Shown here in pieces: positions 29,418 through 40,127 of a DNA stretch of 64,000 nt (position 1 is its first letter; each line of letters begins with the position of its first letter). Under the pieces are notes generated by a model. That model was not told the DNA's origin and searched no databases. It was given only the letters and a program-made list of their open reading frames with translations. The DNA is from Patescibacteria group bacterium (lineage in GTDB: Bacteria; Patescibacteriota; Minisyncoccia; 2-02-FULL-40-12; IGHO2-01-FULL-4-A). The DNA lies in NCBI GenBank assembly GCA_038064915.1, contig JBBTSB010000010.1, forward strand, positions 19,809-83,808, given 5' to 3'. The translations under genes and the position numbers were made by a program.

Positions 29418-30445
29418 TGAAGCTTTTGCGTGATATTCCCAAGGGAGAACTCAAAAACAAAAAAGTCTTTTTGCGTGTGGATTTTAATGTGGCCCGGGAG
29501 GGAGAAAAAATCGTTGAACCATTTAAAATTGAAACACATAAAGAAACCATCGACTATCTTCTTAATAATGGAGCAAGAGTCGTCTGCACTTCCCATATTT
29601 CAGAAGAAGGACAAAGTTTTGCACCCATAGCAAAACAGATTGGCGAGATTCTTGGACATGAATTCTTTTTTGTAGATGAAGTAACAGGTCCTGCAATTCG
29701 GTCAGCGATTCAAGATCATTCCCTTGTACTTGTCGATAATATCGAGCTTCGTGCCGAAGAAAAGACCAATGATCCTGAATTTGCAAAAGAACTCGCAGGA
29801 GGATTTGATTTGTTCGTCTTTGATGCATTTGCTAGTGCCCATCGATCGTATGTAACCCGAGAAGGAATTATGCACCTATTGCCTTCATACGCTGGTTTTG
29901 TGGTGGAAAAAGAAGTAAAAGAACTCTCCGATGCGCTGAAAGCTCCGGCAGAACACAAGGTTGTGGTGCTCGGAGGGGCAAAAATTTCTACAAAAATGCC
30001 GGTAATCCAAAACTTTTTGGACAAAGCGGAATATATTTTATTGGGCGGTACGCTCATCAATCAACACGAAGAACTACAAGCCATCAAAAATCCCAAAGTG
30101 ATTTTGCCCAAAGACACCAATCCCACCGAAGGCAACGCTTTTGATATCGGTCCACAAGCCATTGCCCAGTACTCCAAAATTATTCGCAAAGCGGCATTTG
30201 TGATTTGGAATGGTCCCATGGGGAAATATGAGGACCCGCAATATGCTGGAGGGACAAAAACTATTGCAGAAGCTGTTGCCAGCGCGCCATTTTCTATCAT
30301 CGGTGGTGGAGATACTGTGGCGGCGGTGGATAAATTCGGCCTTCGTGAAAAGTATAGCTATGTTTCCACCGGAGGCGGGGCTATGCTAGAATTCCTTTCC
30401 GGTAAAGAATTGCCGGCACTAAAAGCACTCGGCTACTATGAGTGA
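29414..30445 (+). CDS. pgk: Phosphoglycerate kinase (compact)
   Basis: RVDFNV, DAFASAHR, LGGAKI, WNGPMG, GGGDT, STGGGA. Confidence 0.96.
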   Translation: MMKLLRDIPKGELKNKKVFLRVDFNVAREGEKIVEPFKIETHKETIDYLLNNGARVVCTSHISEEGQSFAPIAKQIGEILGHEFFFVDEVTGPAIRSAIQDHSLVLVDNIELRAEEKTNDPEFAKELAGGFDLFVFDAFASAHRSYVTREGIMHLLPSYAGFVVEKEVKELSDALKAPAEHKVVVLGGAKISTKMPVIQNFLDKAEYILLGGTLINQHEELQAIKNPKVILPKDTNPTEGNAFDIGPQAIAQYSKIIRKAAFVIWNGPMGKYEDPQYAGGTKTIAEAVASAPFSIIGGGDTVAAVDKFGLREKYSYVSTGGGAMLEFLSGKELPALKALGYYE

Positions 30446-30986
30446 AAAACTTTCTACGAAAATCAAAGAACGGCCACTAATATTCGTTGATTTAGAATTC
30501 ACTGGTTTGCGATGGGAGCATGAGGTGATACAAATTGGCGCCTTGGTGGTTTCGCAGCCTGATTTTAAACAGGTCAAAGAGTGGGAATGCAAGATCAACG
30601 CAGATTTTTCAAAAGCAGATCCTGAAGCACTCAAAATTGTGGGATACACAGAAGAGCGGTGGAAAAATGCAGTGCCGCTTCGCGATGCGCTGACCAAGTT
30701 TAATGAAATCGCAAATGGGGGAGTATTAGTTGGCTTCAACGTGGCGATGGATTTTTTGTACCTGAAGAAAGCCTACGCGAGCGTCGACATGGAACCGACA
30801 TTTCACTGGCAGATTATCGATGTTCTCTCGATGGCGTTTAAGGATCTGTATAAAGAAAATCTTACGGAGTATCGTATGAGCGAGCTTACGACGCATTTCG
30901 GCATCAAAAACGACGTCCATCACGACGCTCTCGAAGATGCACGCATGACATATGAGATTTTCATGAAGCTATGGCAGACTTCATAA
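30438..30986 (+). CDS. DEDDh 3'-5' exonuclease
   Basis: DLEFTGL, GFNVAMD, HDALEDA. Confidence 0.9.
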   Translation: MSEKLSTKIKERPLIFVDLEFTGLRWEHEVIQIGALVVSQPDFKQVKEWECKINADFSKADPEALKIVGYTEERWKNAVPLRDALTKFNEIANGGVLVGFNVAMDFLYLKKAYASVDMEPTFHWQIIDVLSMAFKDLYKENLTEYRMSELTTHFGIKNDVHHDALEDARMTYEIFMKLWQTS

Positions 30987-31405
30987 TTCATACAGACGGT
31001 GGATCACGCGGAAATCCCGGCCCTGCGGCGATTGGGGTGACGATTGAATCGGCAGACAAAACTTTAAAGAAAGAGTACGGCGAGTCCATTGGCATTGCGA
31101 CCAACAACGATGCCGAGTATCAGGCCGTGATTTTTGCTTTAAAAAAATTAAAACAACTTGTTGGAAAAGAAAAATCGGCAAACTCAAACGTGGCGGTCAA
31201 GATGGATAGTGAACTCATCGAGCGCCAGCTCAACGGACATTTCAAAATCATGGACGAGCGGATGGGAAAGTACTTTATCCAAATCTGGAACCTCAAAATG
31301 GACTTTGCCTCGGTTACCTTTGAGCACGTCTACCGTGAAGCAAATCAAGCCGCCGACCGCATGGTAAACGCGTCACTGGATAAAGAGACGAATAAACTGC
31401 TATAA
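30971..31405 (+). CDS. rnhA: Ribonuclease HI
   Basis: TDGGSRGNPGPA, TNNDAEY, DSEL, REANQAAD. Confidence 0.93.
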   Translation: MADFIIHTDGGSRGNPGPAAIGVTIESADKTLKKEYGESIGIATNNDAEYQAVIFALKKLKQLVGKEKSANSNVAVKMDSELIERQLNGHFKIMDERMGKYFIQIWNLKMDFASVTFEHVYREANQAADRMVNASLDKETNKLL

Positions 31406-31413
31406 TACATCTT

Positions 31414-33576
31414 ATGAAATATATTCTCCCCCTGGCTATCTTTTTCGGATTTGCTGCGCATGCTGCGGCCGTCATCAACCCCATCGACGTAGGACTTCGC
31501 GATGGTGACCTCGTTTCTGCGCAAGGTGATGTGGACGTCTTTATTGTCAAAGATGGGGGATACAAGCGTCTTTTCCTCAATGAGGTTATTTTTAGTTTCT
31601 ACGGGCACCTTGGCGGATTTTCCAATATCAAACACATCACCTCAAGTGTGCGAGATGTCTTTACGACCGTTTCAACCTATCGCTACGTAAACGATTCTCG
31701 GATCTTTTGTCTTGAGGTGACGGGAAATGATACGGGAGTACTTCACTGGCTCAATGTCAGCGCAGATCAAGCAGTTGCAGCTGACCCTGACTTTTTTAAA
31801 CATATTTTCACCATCAATGAGCATGAATTTAAATGGTATCCCCAGGCGTTTCCCTATACGTCCGTAGCACAATGCAAAAAACCTGGTGCGTCCACACCCA
31901 CACCCACACCCACACCAACGCCAACTCCCACTCCGACCACAACGCCGAGTGCTACTCCTGCAGGAAATGCAAATCTTTCCCTCAATATCTTTCCTTCATT
32001 TGAAACCACAGGTGTGATCATCACCCTTCCCGCAGGAACCAATGGCAACGAGACTGCAACGCTCTACCTCAAAGGCCCGGGGGACAGTAGTTTTAAAGAA
32101 CAACACCCATTTACGAAGTACGATGCAAACAACATGGCCTCAAGTTTATTCAGTCTCGCGCCCAATACTGCCTATCAACTGCGTGTCGTCTATAGCGATC
32201 CTGATGGCGCAGGTTCTGGTACCAAGGAGGCAAGCTTTACTACGAGGCAAGAGTTTTCGATTCCTGCGGCGTTGCGTGTCGTAAACGTAACCACGACGGC
32301 GACACTACAAGCGGCGATCAATGCGGCGATACCTGGAGACGAAATTCGAGTCGCGGCAGGTACCTACGGCAAAATCACCGTCAATGCCAAAAACGGTACG
32401 GCAAACAATCCGATAGTCATCAAAGGTGCAACATCAACGAAGCCGCTCATCGATGGCATGGCTGCCGGAAGCTCAGCTGTCTTAATCACCAACTCCTCCT
32501 ATCTTGTTTTCGATGGTCTCGATGTGCGTCGAGGCGGAACGTGCAGCAATGATGGTTCCGGATTCCATCTCTTGAAATCAAACCACATTACGCTACAAAA
32601 CAACGCCTTGAGCAACAACGGCGAGCACGATATTTGGCTCGGAGATTATACAGCGACCAATTTTCTCCCTACCGATGGTTATCATCTCATTCAAAACAAT
32701 ACGATATCTGGAGCTACTTGTAGTAAAGCCGAAGGTATCGCCATGTATACCAACAGCGGTAGCAATAATGTCATTCGCAATAACACCATTAGTGGTGGCA
32801 AAGATGGCATGAAACTTGCCGGCGGTGACTCGGCTGGTGGTCCAAGCTCCACCGTTCTCGAAACTACTACTCACGTCCTCAAACTCACGGGCGGTATCTA
32901 CTCTTCTCATGACCATGATGTTTACGGCAATACGATCAGCAATGTCAGAGATGACTTTGTTGAGCTTGATGGCGTCTCGGTGAATATTCGATTCTTCAAT
33001 AATACGTTGAGTGGCAGTACGATCAACGCCATTTCGATTTCCCCAGCTCTGCCCGGACCGCATTTTGTGATTCGCAACAAGGTGTCAGGCACGTGGGGAG
33101 AAGCTGCGGTAAAAATGAACACCAGCGCCGGCAGTTCGACCAACCCCGCGCGCAATGTGTTTTTCTACCACAATACATTCAGCCGCGATACCAGCGGCCA
33201 CTTGCTCAACCTCTGGTACGCCTATCCGGGTGAGCACATTGTCCCCGTCAAAAATATTCAGTTTAAAAATAATATCTTTTGGAATAAAGCTGGTGGACAG
33301 TCTACAGACGTAAAAATCAACACCTGGCCCACGACTCAGCCCACCTTCGACTACAACCTCTGGTACACGTCGTCCACCACGGGAATCTTTGAGTGGTGGG
33401 ATGGCGTGAAGCGCGTCTACAATACCTTTGCAGCTTTCAAAACCGGCAGTGGCCAAGAAGCCAACGGCAAGTTTGGAAATACGGAAAGCGCCGCAATGGA
33501 CGCCGCCGTCCGCATCCACGGCATCAACAATACCTTCACGGGCAGTGCTCCTGATATCGGTGCGGTGGAGTACTAA
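31414..33576 (+). CDS. Secreted modular protein: CPR-type N-domain, PT linker, FN3-like domain, right-handed beta-helix
   Basis: Signal peptide, (TP)n linker at about 31894-31950, LQAAINAA.PGD..GTY, repeated I.NNTI motifs, APDIGAVEY end. Confidence 0.8.
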   Translation: MKYILPLAIFFGFAAHAAAVINPIDVGLRDGDLVSAQGDVDVFIVKDGGYKRLFLNEVIFSFYGHLGGFSNIKHITSSVRDVFTTVSTYRYVNDSRIFCLEVTGNDTGVLHWLNVSADQAVAADPDFFKHIFTINEHEFKWYPQAFPYTSVAQCKKPGASTPTPTPTPTPTPTPTTTPSATPAGNANLSLNIFPSFETTGVIITLPAGTNGNETATLYLKGPGDSSFKEQHPFTKYDANNMASSLFSLAPNTAYQLRVVYSDPDGAGSGTKEASFTTRQEFSIPAALRVVNVTTTATLQAAINAAIPGDEIRVAAGTYGKITVNAKNGTANNPIVIKGATSTKPLIDGMAAGSSAVLITNSSYLVFDGLDVRRGGTCSNDGSGFHLLKSNHITLQNNALSNNGEHDIWLGDYTATNFLPTDGYHLIQNNTISGATCSKAEGIAMYTNSGSNNVIRNNTISGGKDGMKLAGGDSAGGPSSTVLETTTHVLKLTGGIYSSHDHDVYGNTISNVRDDFVELDGVSVNIRFFNNTLSGSTINAISISPALPGPHFVIRNKVSGTWGEAAVKMNTSAGSSTNPARNVFFYHNTFSRDTSGHLLNLWYAYPGEHIVPVKNIQFKNNIFWNKAGGQSTDVKINTWPTTQPTFDYNLWYTSSTTGIFEWWDGVKRVYNTFAAFKTGSGQEANGKFGNTESAAMDAAVRIHGINNTFTGSAPDIGAVEY

Positions 33577-34274
33577 GATTGCTCTCGTTTCCGGTCGTAG
33601 AAAAAATATTTACTCAAAAGTACGGCAATCCAAATGCCGAAGACGATAAAGGCATATTTGACGCCGAAGTATTGAAATATGGTTTGCCCCGCGAGGTGAA
33701 CAAAGACACCCCACAACATATTCCAGGCTATAATAGCAATGGCTGAGTAAAGCAAAAAGCGACGGAATGAAAATTGGAGGATGCCCGCCGCCGTTGCAGT
33801 TATAGAGGCAAGATTCGGTTCCCAGTAGCTTGCGATGATACCCCAAAAATATTGCCGCTCGAGTTTTGTTTGGGCATTTTCCAGTGCGCCTTTGAGGCCG
33901 AGTTTGAGAAACAGGCGATACCAGCCAAAACGCCCAAGGGCATAGTTGAACATGTATGCAATAAAAAATGCCACACATACGAGCGCCACGACCGTGACAA
34001 TACGGGTGATGTTGTCGCCGGCTGAAATAACCCCGATAAAAATCACGAACCCTCCCGGAAAGTACTGTCCCAGGATCAACGCTCCCTCAATAACAGCGGC
34101 AAGAAAAAGCACCCAGAGGCCATGCTGGGCGAAATAGCGATTGATGACTTCTATGAGCTCGGCATCCTGGGGAAGATCAAACAAGGACCATACTCCCCAT
34201 AGCGAAAGATAAAACGCCAGCAAGATCAACGGCCCCGCCGCGATCTTCAGCATAGGTTTCCAATTAAACGTCAT
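33573..34274 (-). CDS. DedA-family membrane protein
   Basis: AVIEG..GQYFPG, NYALGR, AGILQFSFRRF. Confidence 0.75.
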   Translation of the reverse strand: MTFNWKPMLKIAAGPLILLAFYLSLWGVWSLFDLPQDAELIEVINRYFAQHGLWVLFLAAVIEGALILGQYFPGGFVIFIGVISAGDNITRIVTVVALVCVAFFIAYMFNYALGRFGWYRLFLKLGLKGALENAQTKLERQYFWGIIASYWEPNLASITATAAGILQFSFRRFLLYSAIAIIAWNMLWGVFVHLAGQTIFQYFGVKYAFIVFGIWIAVLLSKYFFYDRKREQS

Positions 34275-34290
34275 GGGATAACTGTATCAT

Positions 34291-34313
34291 AAAATCCGCT
34301 TAGAGCGGATTTT
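34291..34313. terminator. Terminator hairpin downstream of rnpB
   Basis: AAAATCCGCT-TAG-AGCGGATTTT. Confidence 0.7.
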
Positions 34314-34317
34314 ATGA

Positions 34318-34729
34318 AGCTTGGTATATCTGTAAGCCGAATTCTGTATTTGTGTGATCATTCATCTTGCCCGGCTGTTGCCAGACGGATCCTTGCGGCA
34401 CCCCCGCACAAATGCGTTAGCTTTTGGCGGGTACGGCCTTGCACCAGGCAGGGTTTAGCGCACTCCCATGTCGCCATGGGGTGATTCCGTTCGGAACCTT
34501 TTCACCCGCGGTCAGCCGTCTGGCTGACTCGGAATGGTCTCTGTGCCACTCACCGCTACGCGCTCGCGCTCTAGCGGGACCCCGCAGTTATGCGGTGGTT
34601 TCCCTAAGTTTTCACTCGGTGGTCGTTAGCCACTGCCTATACCAAGGTTTAACCTTGGTAGTGTTCGGACTTTCCTCGCTCCCCCGACAGAATCGTCGGG
34701 GCCCGCGCGATCACCCGATATACCAAGCT
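34318..34729 (-). ncRNA. rnpB: RNase P RNA
   Basis: Minus strand has GAGGAAAGTCCG near the 5' end and ACAGAATTCGGCTTA near the 3' end; P1 helix AGCTTGGTATATC/GATATACCAAGCT. Confidence 0.95.
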
Positions 34730-34784
34730 ACTGTGAGGATAACACAATTTACAGAAAACAACAAGTGTGGTAGAGTAACTACCC

Positions 34785-36170
34785 ATGAAACGCTCTGAAT
34801 TAATGCTCAATGTCGCTCTCGTACCCGTGGATTTTGTCATGCTCATACTGGCAGGCGTGATTGCATACGTTGTACGTACGAGGATTTTGGATGCTATTCG
34901 ACCTGTACAATTTACCCCGGACCTGTCCTTTGAGCGCTACTTTTTGATCGTCCTTGTTGTCTCTCTTATTTTTATCGCATGCTATGCATTTTCCGGTTTG
35001 TATCGACTTTCCACCACGCGCCGTTTTCTCCAAGAGCTTTTTCGTATTATCGTTGCGTCTTCCGCGGGACTGATGGTAGTCATCGTCTACATGTTTTTGC
35101 GTGCGGAACTTTTTAACTCGCGGTTTTTGGTACTTGGAGCTTGGGTGGTAGGAATTCTATTTGTCCTCATGGGACGGTTTGCAATGAGGAAGTTACAGCG
35201 ATTTTTAGCGGGATACTACGATATTGGTATTCACAAAGTCTTAGTGATCGGGGATGATGAGCTTACTAAAACGCTCGTTCAGCACATGCAAGAGGATCGC
35301 AACGCCGGTTGGCGCGTGGTTAAGCAACTTGCCCACCCCGAAATCGCCGAAGTCCACAGTGCCATAGGTAACCCTGGAGTTGATGAGGTCATTTTAGCAA
35401 ACCCCAACTATCCCGCAGAGCGGGTGATCGAACTCATAGAGTTTTGCAACGAAATGCATTTGGGATTTCGCTTCGTACCGAATCTCTATCAAACTCTGAC
35501 GAAAAATTTCTCGTTCGATACGTATACCGGTGTGCCATTTGTGGAGTTGCGCCGCACGCCGTTGGATGGCTGGGGACGTGTTTTCAAGCGCGGAATTGAT
35601 ATCTTGGGTGCAGTCGTTGGCATCATCGGTTTGTCACCACTTTTTGCGATTGTTGCTTTTGCCATAAAATGGGAAACAACGGGTCCGGTTGTCGTTCGTC
35701 AGGAACGCATCAGTCGGGGGAAGAGGTTTTCGCTCGTAAAGTTTCGCTCGATGATCAAGAACGCCGAGGAGCTCAAGCCGCTGTTGGCGGAGTTCAATGA
35801 ACGTAAGGGAACGCCGTTTTTTAAGATGCGCAATGATCCCCGCGTCACTAAGGTAGGGAAGTTTATTCGTCGCTACCGAATTGATGAGTTGCCGCAGTTG
35901 TGGAATGTTCTCAAGGGAGAGATTTCCCTTGTAGGTCCGCGTCCTCATGAGCCTGCCGAGATTGCTCAATACGAACGATCCCACCGCCGTGTGCTCGCTA
36001 TCAAGGCGGGTGTTACGGGATTGGCGCAAACTTCGGGGTCTTCCGATCTTTCTTTTGAAGAAGAAGTGGCTTTTGATGTGCTCTATATCGAAAATTGGTC
36101 ATTTGCCCATGATATAAAGATTATCATTCTCACGATTCTCAAGCTTGTCAGGGATCGCTCTGCGGTGTAA
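34785..36170 (+). CDS. Polyprenyl-phosphate sugar-1-phosphate transferase (WcaJ/WbaP family)
   Basis: N-terminal TM helices; KFRSM, DPRVT, RIDELPQLWNVLKGEISLVGPRP, GVTGLAQ. Confidence 0.93.
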   Translation: MKRSELMLNVALVPVDFVMLILAGVIAYVVRTRILDAIRPVQFTPDLSFERYFLIVLVVSLIFIACYAFSGLYRLSTTRRFLQELFRIIVASSAGLMVVIVYMFLRAELFNSRFLVLGAWVVGILFVLMGRFAMRKLQRFLAGYYDIGIHKVLVIGDDELTKTLVQHMQEDRNAGWRVVKQLAHPEIAEVHSAIGNPGVDEVILANPNYPAERVIELIEFCNEMHLGFRFVPNLYQTLTKNFSFDTYTGVPFVELRRTPLDGWGRVFKRGIDILGAVVGIIGLSPLFAIVAFAIKWETTGPVVVRQERISRGKRFSLVKFRSMIKNAEELKPLLAEFNERKGTPFFKMRNDPRVTKVGKFIRRYRIDELPQLWNVLKGEISLVGPRPHEPAEIAQYERSHRRVLAIKAGVTGLAQTSGSSDLSFEEEVAFDVLYIENWSFAHDIKIIILTILKLVRDRSAV

Positions 36171-36207
36171 GCGCACGGAACCCCACAGGAGAGATCCCGT
36201 GGGGTGA

Positions 36208-36441
36208 TCAGGGAACGATGTGCCCGCTGACGGCGATACGCCTTATTCTGGCTTTTGCCGCCTGGAAAGCTCTGCGACCATGCCGTTTCACGAATGCCCG
36301 ACAGTTCAGGGCATAGGTGTGCGCGGAGAAACGCACTCTCGCGCATGCAATAGCCGGAGGAATGCGGGCGCATTCAGCGAGGACGGTAATGGTCATCGCT
36401 GGCGAGACGCCGTTGTCGAGTGGCAGGAGAAAGTTCGACAC
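36208..36441 (-). CDS. Small GC-rich basic hypothetical protein (77 aa)
   Basis: AAAGGAGG SD upstream of a GTG start; hairpin ACCCCAC..GTGGGGT at about 36180-36205 downstream. Confidence 0.45.
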   Translation of the reverse strand: MSNFLLPLDNGVSPAMTITVLAECARIPPAIACARVRFSAHTYALNCRAFVKRHGRRAFQAAKARIRRIAVSGHIVP

Positions 36442-36509
36442 GCCGATCCTCCTTTACTCATATTTTATTCTCCTTCCCTTTTTTATGCAATCTGCTAGAC
36501 TCGGGGCAC

Positions 36510-37619
36510 ATGAAAATCGCTCTTGTTCACGATTATTTGACGCAATTTGGCGGTGGGGAGCGGGTATTGCAGGTACTTTCCGAGATGTACCCCGAAGCAC
36601 CCATCTATACGTTGGTATACGATGAACGGGCGACCGGGGGAGTATTTAAGGGTCGTGATGTTCGAACAAGCTTTCTCCAAAAGTTGCCGTTTACCAAGCG
36701 CCACCATCGTCTATTCCCCTTGCTCATGCCTCTTGCGATCGAGCAGTTTGATTTTTCGGAGTTTGATACGGTGCTTTCCGTTTCCGCTTCATTTGCCAAA
36801 GGCATCATCACCAAACCTTCCACCCGGCACATCAACTACTGCCTTACCCCTACGCGGTTTTTATGGGACGACAGTCAGCGATATTTGCGCGAGAATTATT
36901 CTCCATTGTTGAATAAAATCGTTGCTCCATTCTTGAGCTATCTACGGATCTGGGACCATGAGGCTTCCATGCGCGTCGATGAATACATTGGTATTTCGCG
37001 GTTTGTTCAAGAGCGCATCAAAAAATACTACGATCAAGATTCTGCGTTCATCTATCCCCCGGTGGATACAACAAAGTACTTCGTTACGGAACTCGCCGAC
37101 GACTATTTTCTTATGGTGGGCAGGCTGGTGGGATACAAGCGATTTGATCTCGCAGTAAAAACCTTTAGCGCCATGGAGCTGCCACTAAAAATCGTGGGCG
37201 ATGGACCCGAACGAGCGCGCCTTGAACAAATGGCCGAACCTAACATTGAATTCTTGGGCCTCGTTTCGGACTACAAGATGCCAGAACTCTATGCTCATGC
37301 CAAAGCCGTCGTATTTCCCCAGGAGGAAGATTTTGGTCTTGTGCCGTTGGAAGCGATGGCCTCTGGACGACCCGTCGTCGCCTACCGAGCCGGGGGAGCG
37401 CTGGAAACGATCACCGAGGGTGTTACCGGGGTCTTCTTTGACCAGCAAACAGAAATCGACCTTTCTCTTGCCGTCGGGAAACTTCAGCAAATGACGTGGA
37501 ATCCCGAAAAGATACGCGAACATGCAATGAAATTCGATATCAACATCTTTCGGCAGCAAATGCGTGGTATACTGGAAAGTGAGGATGCCAAAACAGAATA
37601 TTCATTTGGCGCTTTTTGA
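36510..37619 (+). CDS. GT4 glycosyltransferase (WbaZ-like)
   Basis: HDYLTQFGGGERVL, EDFGLVPLEAMASG. Confidence 0.93.
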   Translation: MKIALVHDYLTQFGGGERVLQVLSEMYPEAPIYTLVYDERATGGVFKGRDVRTSFLQKLPFTKRHHRLFPLLMPLAIEQFDFSEFDTVLSVSASFAKGIITKPSTRHINYCLTPTRFLWDDSQRYLRENYSPLLNKIVAPFLSYLRIWDHEASMRVDEYIGISRFVQERIKKYYDQDSAFIYPPVDTTKYFVTELADDYFLMVGRLVGYKRFDLAVKTFSAMELPLKIVGDGPERARLEQMAEPNIEFLGLVSDYKMPELYAHAKAVVFPQEEDFGLVPLEAMASGRPVVAYRAGGALETITEGVTGVFFDQQTEIDLSLAVGKLQQMTWNPEKIREHAMKFDINIFRQQMRGILESEDAKTEYSFGAF

Positions 37620-40122
37620 TGTACTGCCGAAGAAAGATTCGGAAGGTTTTCGCGCGGGAAAGGTAGTAAATTTAAAGAGGAAGGAAGAAAGAAAGGAAGA
37701 AAGGCGAGAAGAAAGGACAGAAGAAATAAAAGAAGAAATAAAAGTCGAAGAACCAAGGGTATCTGTCGCAGATCAAATTGCCCGCCATGGCCCGGTCGCC
37801 GACTCCAGAGAAATTATTGCGCATGATATTGAGTCGGCATTGAAGGAGAGCAATCTCGTCGCTGATTTGGCACGAATGGGTGCAAAAATTCATCAGCCAC
37901 GCCCGACCGAACGGTCGTTCGGGCAGGCACAGCCGAAGGTTTCCACGCGCCCACGCGCCATTGAGCGTCCGATTCCGGAACCTCCACTTCCGGTAAAAAT
38001 CCCGAACGAACCGGATGAACACAAAGAACTCACAGATTTTTGGACAGCTCCTGCTTCTCAACAAAGCGAACCGACTGCCACGCTTGCTCGTATGCCGCAT
38101 GCGCCATTTGAACCGCGTCCCCATCGGCCCATTGCTCCATTGCATCTCTCTCCTGCGGCGCGCGATGTCGAACACTGGCTCCAGCAGGTAAAAACACGAA
38201 AACGACAAACCCTACCACGTCGCATCTTTACTCGCCGCAGTATGGTGGCGATGGTTGTTGGTTTTCTGGCTATCACGGGTGTAGCCGCGGCCGCATTTGT
38301 TTCCAGTGAGCTTGTTGTCCAAAAAGAAGCTCAGGTTCTTGGCAACAGCAACAATGCGATTGCCAATCTCGAAGCCGCAAAAACGGAATTGGAAGGGCTT
38401 AATTTTATTGGCGCGGCTGATCGCTTTGCGCTTGCCTATGAAGACTTTGGAAAAGCTTCCGGCACCATCAATAACTTTGGTGCTTCGTTCCTATCGTTCC
38501 TTCCCGGTTTAGGAAAAGTAAAATCCGCCCAAAATCTCGTTCAGGCGGGACAGTATATTTCTAAAGCGGGAGAGTCGCTTTCCCGTGCATTTGATAATCT
38601 CCATACCATCAATTTTTTTGCAGAGCAGTCTATAGCCAGTCCTATAGAGGATTTTCAAGACGTGTTGAAATTTGCAGACCAGAATATTTCCAAAGCAGGA
38701 AAATTGCTCAATGGAGTGGAGACTTCTGCTATTCCGGAAGAGAAACGGTCTACCTTCGAACACTTCCGGAAACAAGTTCCCAGCTTCCAAGCATACATTG
38801 GCCAGGCGCTTGAATACACCGACTTTCTGCTTGGATTTTTCGGTAAACGTTCTCCCAAGACTTATATGGTCCTTTTGCAGAACACCAGTGAGCGACGTCC
38901 CACCGGTGGGTTTCCCGGAACGTACGCGATCATTTCTTTTGACAAGGGAATGCTAAAAAAGGTCTTTGTTGACGACATTTATAACCCCGATGGCCAAATC
39001 AAGGTTAATATGATCCCACCAGTGCCTTTGCGGCACATTACTCCGAATTGGGGATTGCGCGATGTAAATTGGTTTGCTGATTTTCCTACCTCTGCCCGTA
39101 AAATCACTGAATATTACCAATACGATGGTGGTGCCGCGCTTGACGGTGTTTTTGCGATCACCCCCACCCTTATTGCACGGCTTCTCGAAGTGATTGGTCC
39201 GATCGAGATGCCCGAGTACGGAGTTACCCTCGATGCAAAGAATTTTTTGGCTGAAATTCAGGACGAAGTTGAATACGGCGAGAACCGAATCCAGCCCAAG
39301 AAAATTGTTATTGATTTCCAGGCAATATTTTTTGAAAAGCTTGCCGAACAAAAAGACAAGGATACCTGGGTGGCAATCATGAAAATATTTGTTGATGCCC
39401 TTCAGGAAAAACATATTCTGGCGTACGTTGCGGACCAAGCTCTCCAAGAGGAAGTGTTGGAAAATGGATTGGCCGGGCAGCTCAAAAAAACTGATGGCGA
39501 TTACCTCCAGGTCGCGATATCGAATGTGAAAGGCGTAAAAGCCGATGCGGTGACGGCCAATTCCATGAAATTATCGGTTGCCGACTCTACCCACGTTCTC
39601 ACGATAACCCGTGCTCACAACGGAGGAGATTCCAAGTATCCGTTTTACAATAAAGAGAATTTTTCCTACATAAAAGTCTACGTTCCCAAGGGTTCACAAT
39701 TTGTTCATGCAGAAGGATTTAGCAAGACGAACTACAAACCGCTCGTCAACTACAAAGACCTTGGATTTAACGAGGATCCTGATCTTGCAGCCGTGGAACG
39801 CACTATGACACATCCTGTTGAGGGAATTGATGTGTTTGAAGAGTCTGGGAAGACGGTATTTGGTTTTTGGCTCAATACAAAACCCAAGAAAGTGAACACG
39901 ATGACTCTTGCCTACGAAACGCCCGTACCCGGTACTGACCGGTATGATCTCCTATGGCAAAAACAGTCCGGTAGCGAAGGGGATCAGATGCACGTGAGCA
40001 TAACACCTCCGTCTCCTCTTGCTGTAAGGGGAGAGACAGAGGGAATACAGATCATTGGCAATACTGCGGTCTATGACAACGATCTCTCTCTCGACAGGGA
40101 AGTGAAAGTTGTGTTTAACTAG
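37585..40122 (+). CDS. DUF4012-domain membrane-anchored protein
   Basis: YMVLLQNTSERRPTGGFPG, RDVNWFADFPTSA; disordered N-terminus and one TM helix. Confidence 0.8.
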   Translation: MPKQNIHLALFDVLPKKDSEGFRAGKVVNLKRKEERKEERREERTEEIKEEIKVEEPRVSVADQIARHGPVADSREIIAHDIESALKESNLVADLARMGAKIHQPRPTERSFGQAQPKVSTRPRAIERPIPEPPLPVKIPNEPDEHKELTDFWTAPASQQSEPTATLARMPHAPFEPRPHRPIAPLHLSPAARDVEHWLQQVKTRKRQTLPRRIFTRRSMVAMVVGFLAITGVAAAAFVSSELVVQKEAQVLGNSNNAIANLEAAKTELEGLNFIGAADRFALAYEDFGKASGTINNFGASFLSFLPGLGKVKSAQNLVQAGQYISKAGESLSRAFDNLHTINFFAEQSIASPIEDFQDVLKFADQNISKAGKLLNGVETSAIPEEKRSTFEHFRKQVPSFQAYIGQALEYTDFLLGFFGKRSPKTYMVLLQNTSERRPTGGFPGTYAIISFDKGMLKKVFVDDIYNPDGQIKVNMIPPVPLRHITPNWGLRDVNWFADFPTSARKITEYYQYDGGAALDGVFAITPTLIARLLEVIGPIEMPEYGVTLDAKNFLAEIQDEVEYGENRIQPKKIVIDFQAIFFEKLAEQKDKDTWVAIMKIFVDALQEKHILAYVADQALQEEVLENGLAGQLKKTDGDYLQVAISNVKGVKADAVTANSMKLSVADSTHVLTITRAHNGGDSKYPFYNKENFSYIKVYVPKGSQFVHAEGFSKTNYKPLVNYKDLGFNEDPDLAAVERTMTHPVEGIDVFEESGKTVFGFWLNTKPKKVNTMTLAYETPVPGTDRYDLLWQKQSGSEGDQMHVSITPPSPLAVRGETEGIQIIGNTAVYDNDLSLDREVKVVFN

Positions 40123-40127
40123 GTCTT

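Noticed and set aside
31894-31950. ACACCC tandem repeat as a contingency locus
   Set aside because: It encodes an ordinary Pro-Thr linker, stays in frame and degenerates at synonymous positions.
34424-34798. 124-aa ORF
   Set aside because: It is antisense to the RNase P RNA.
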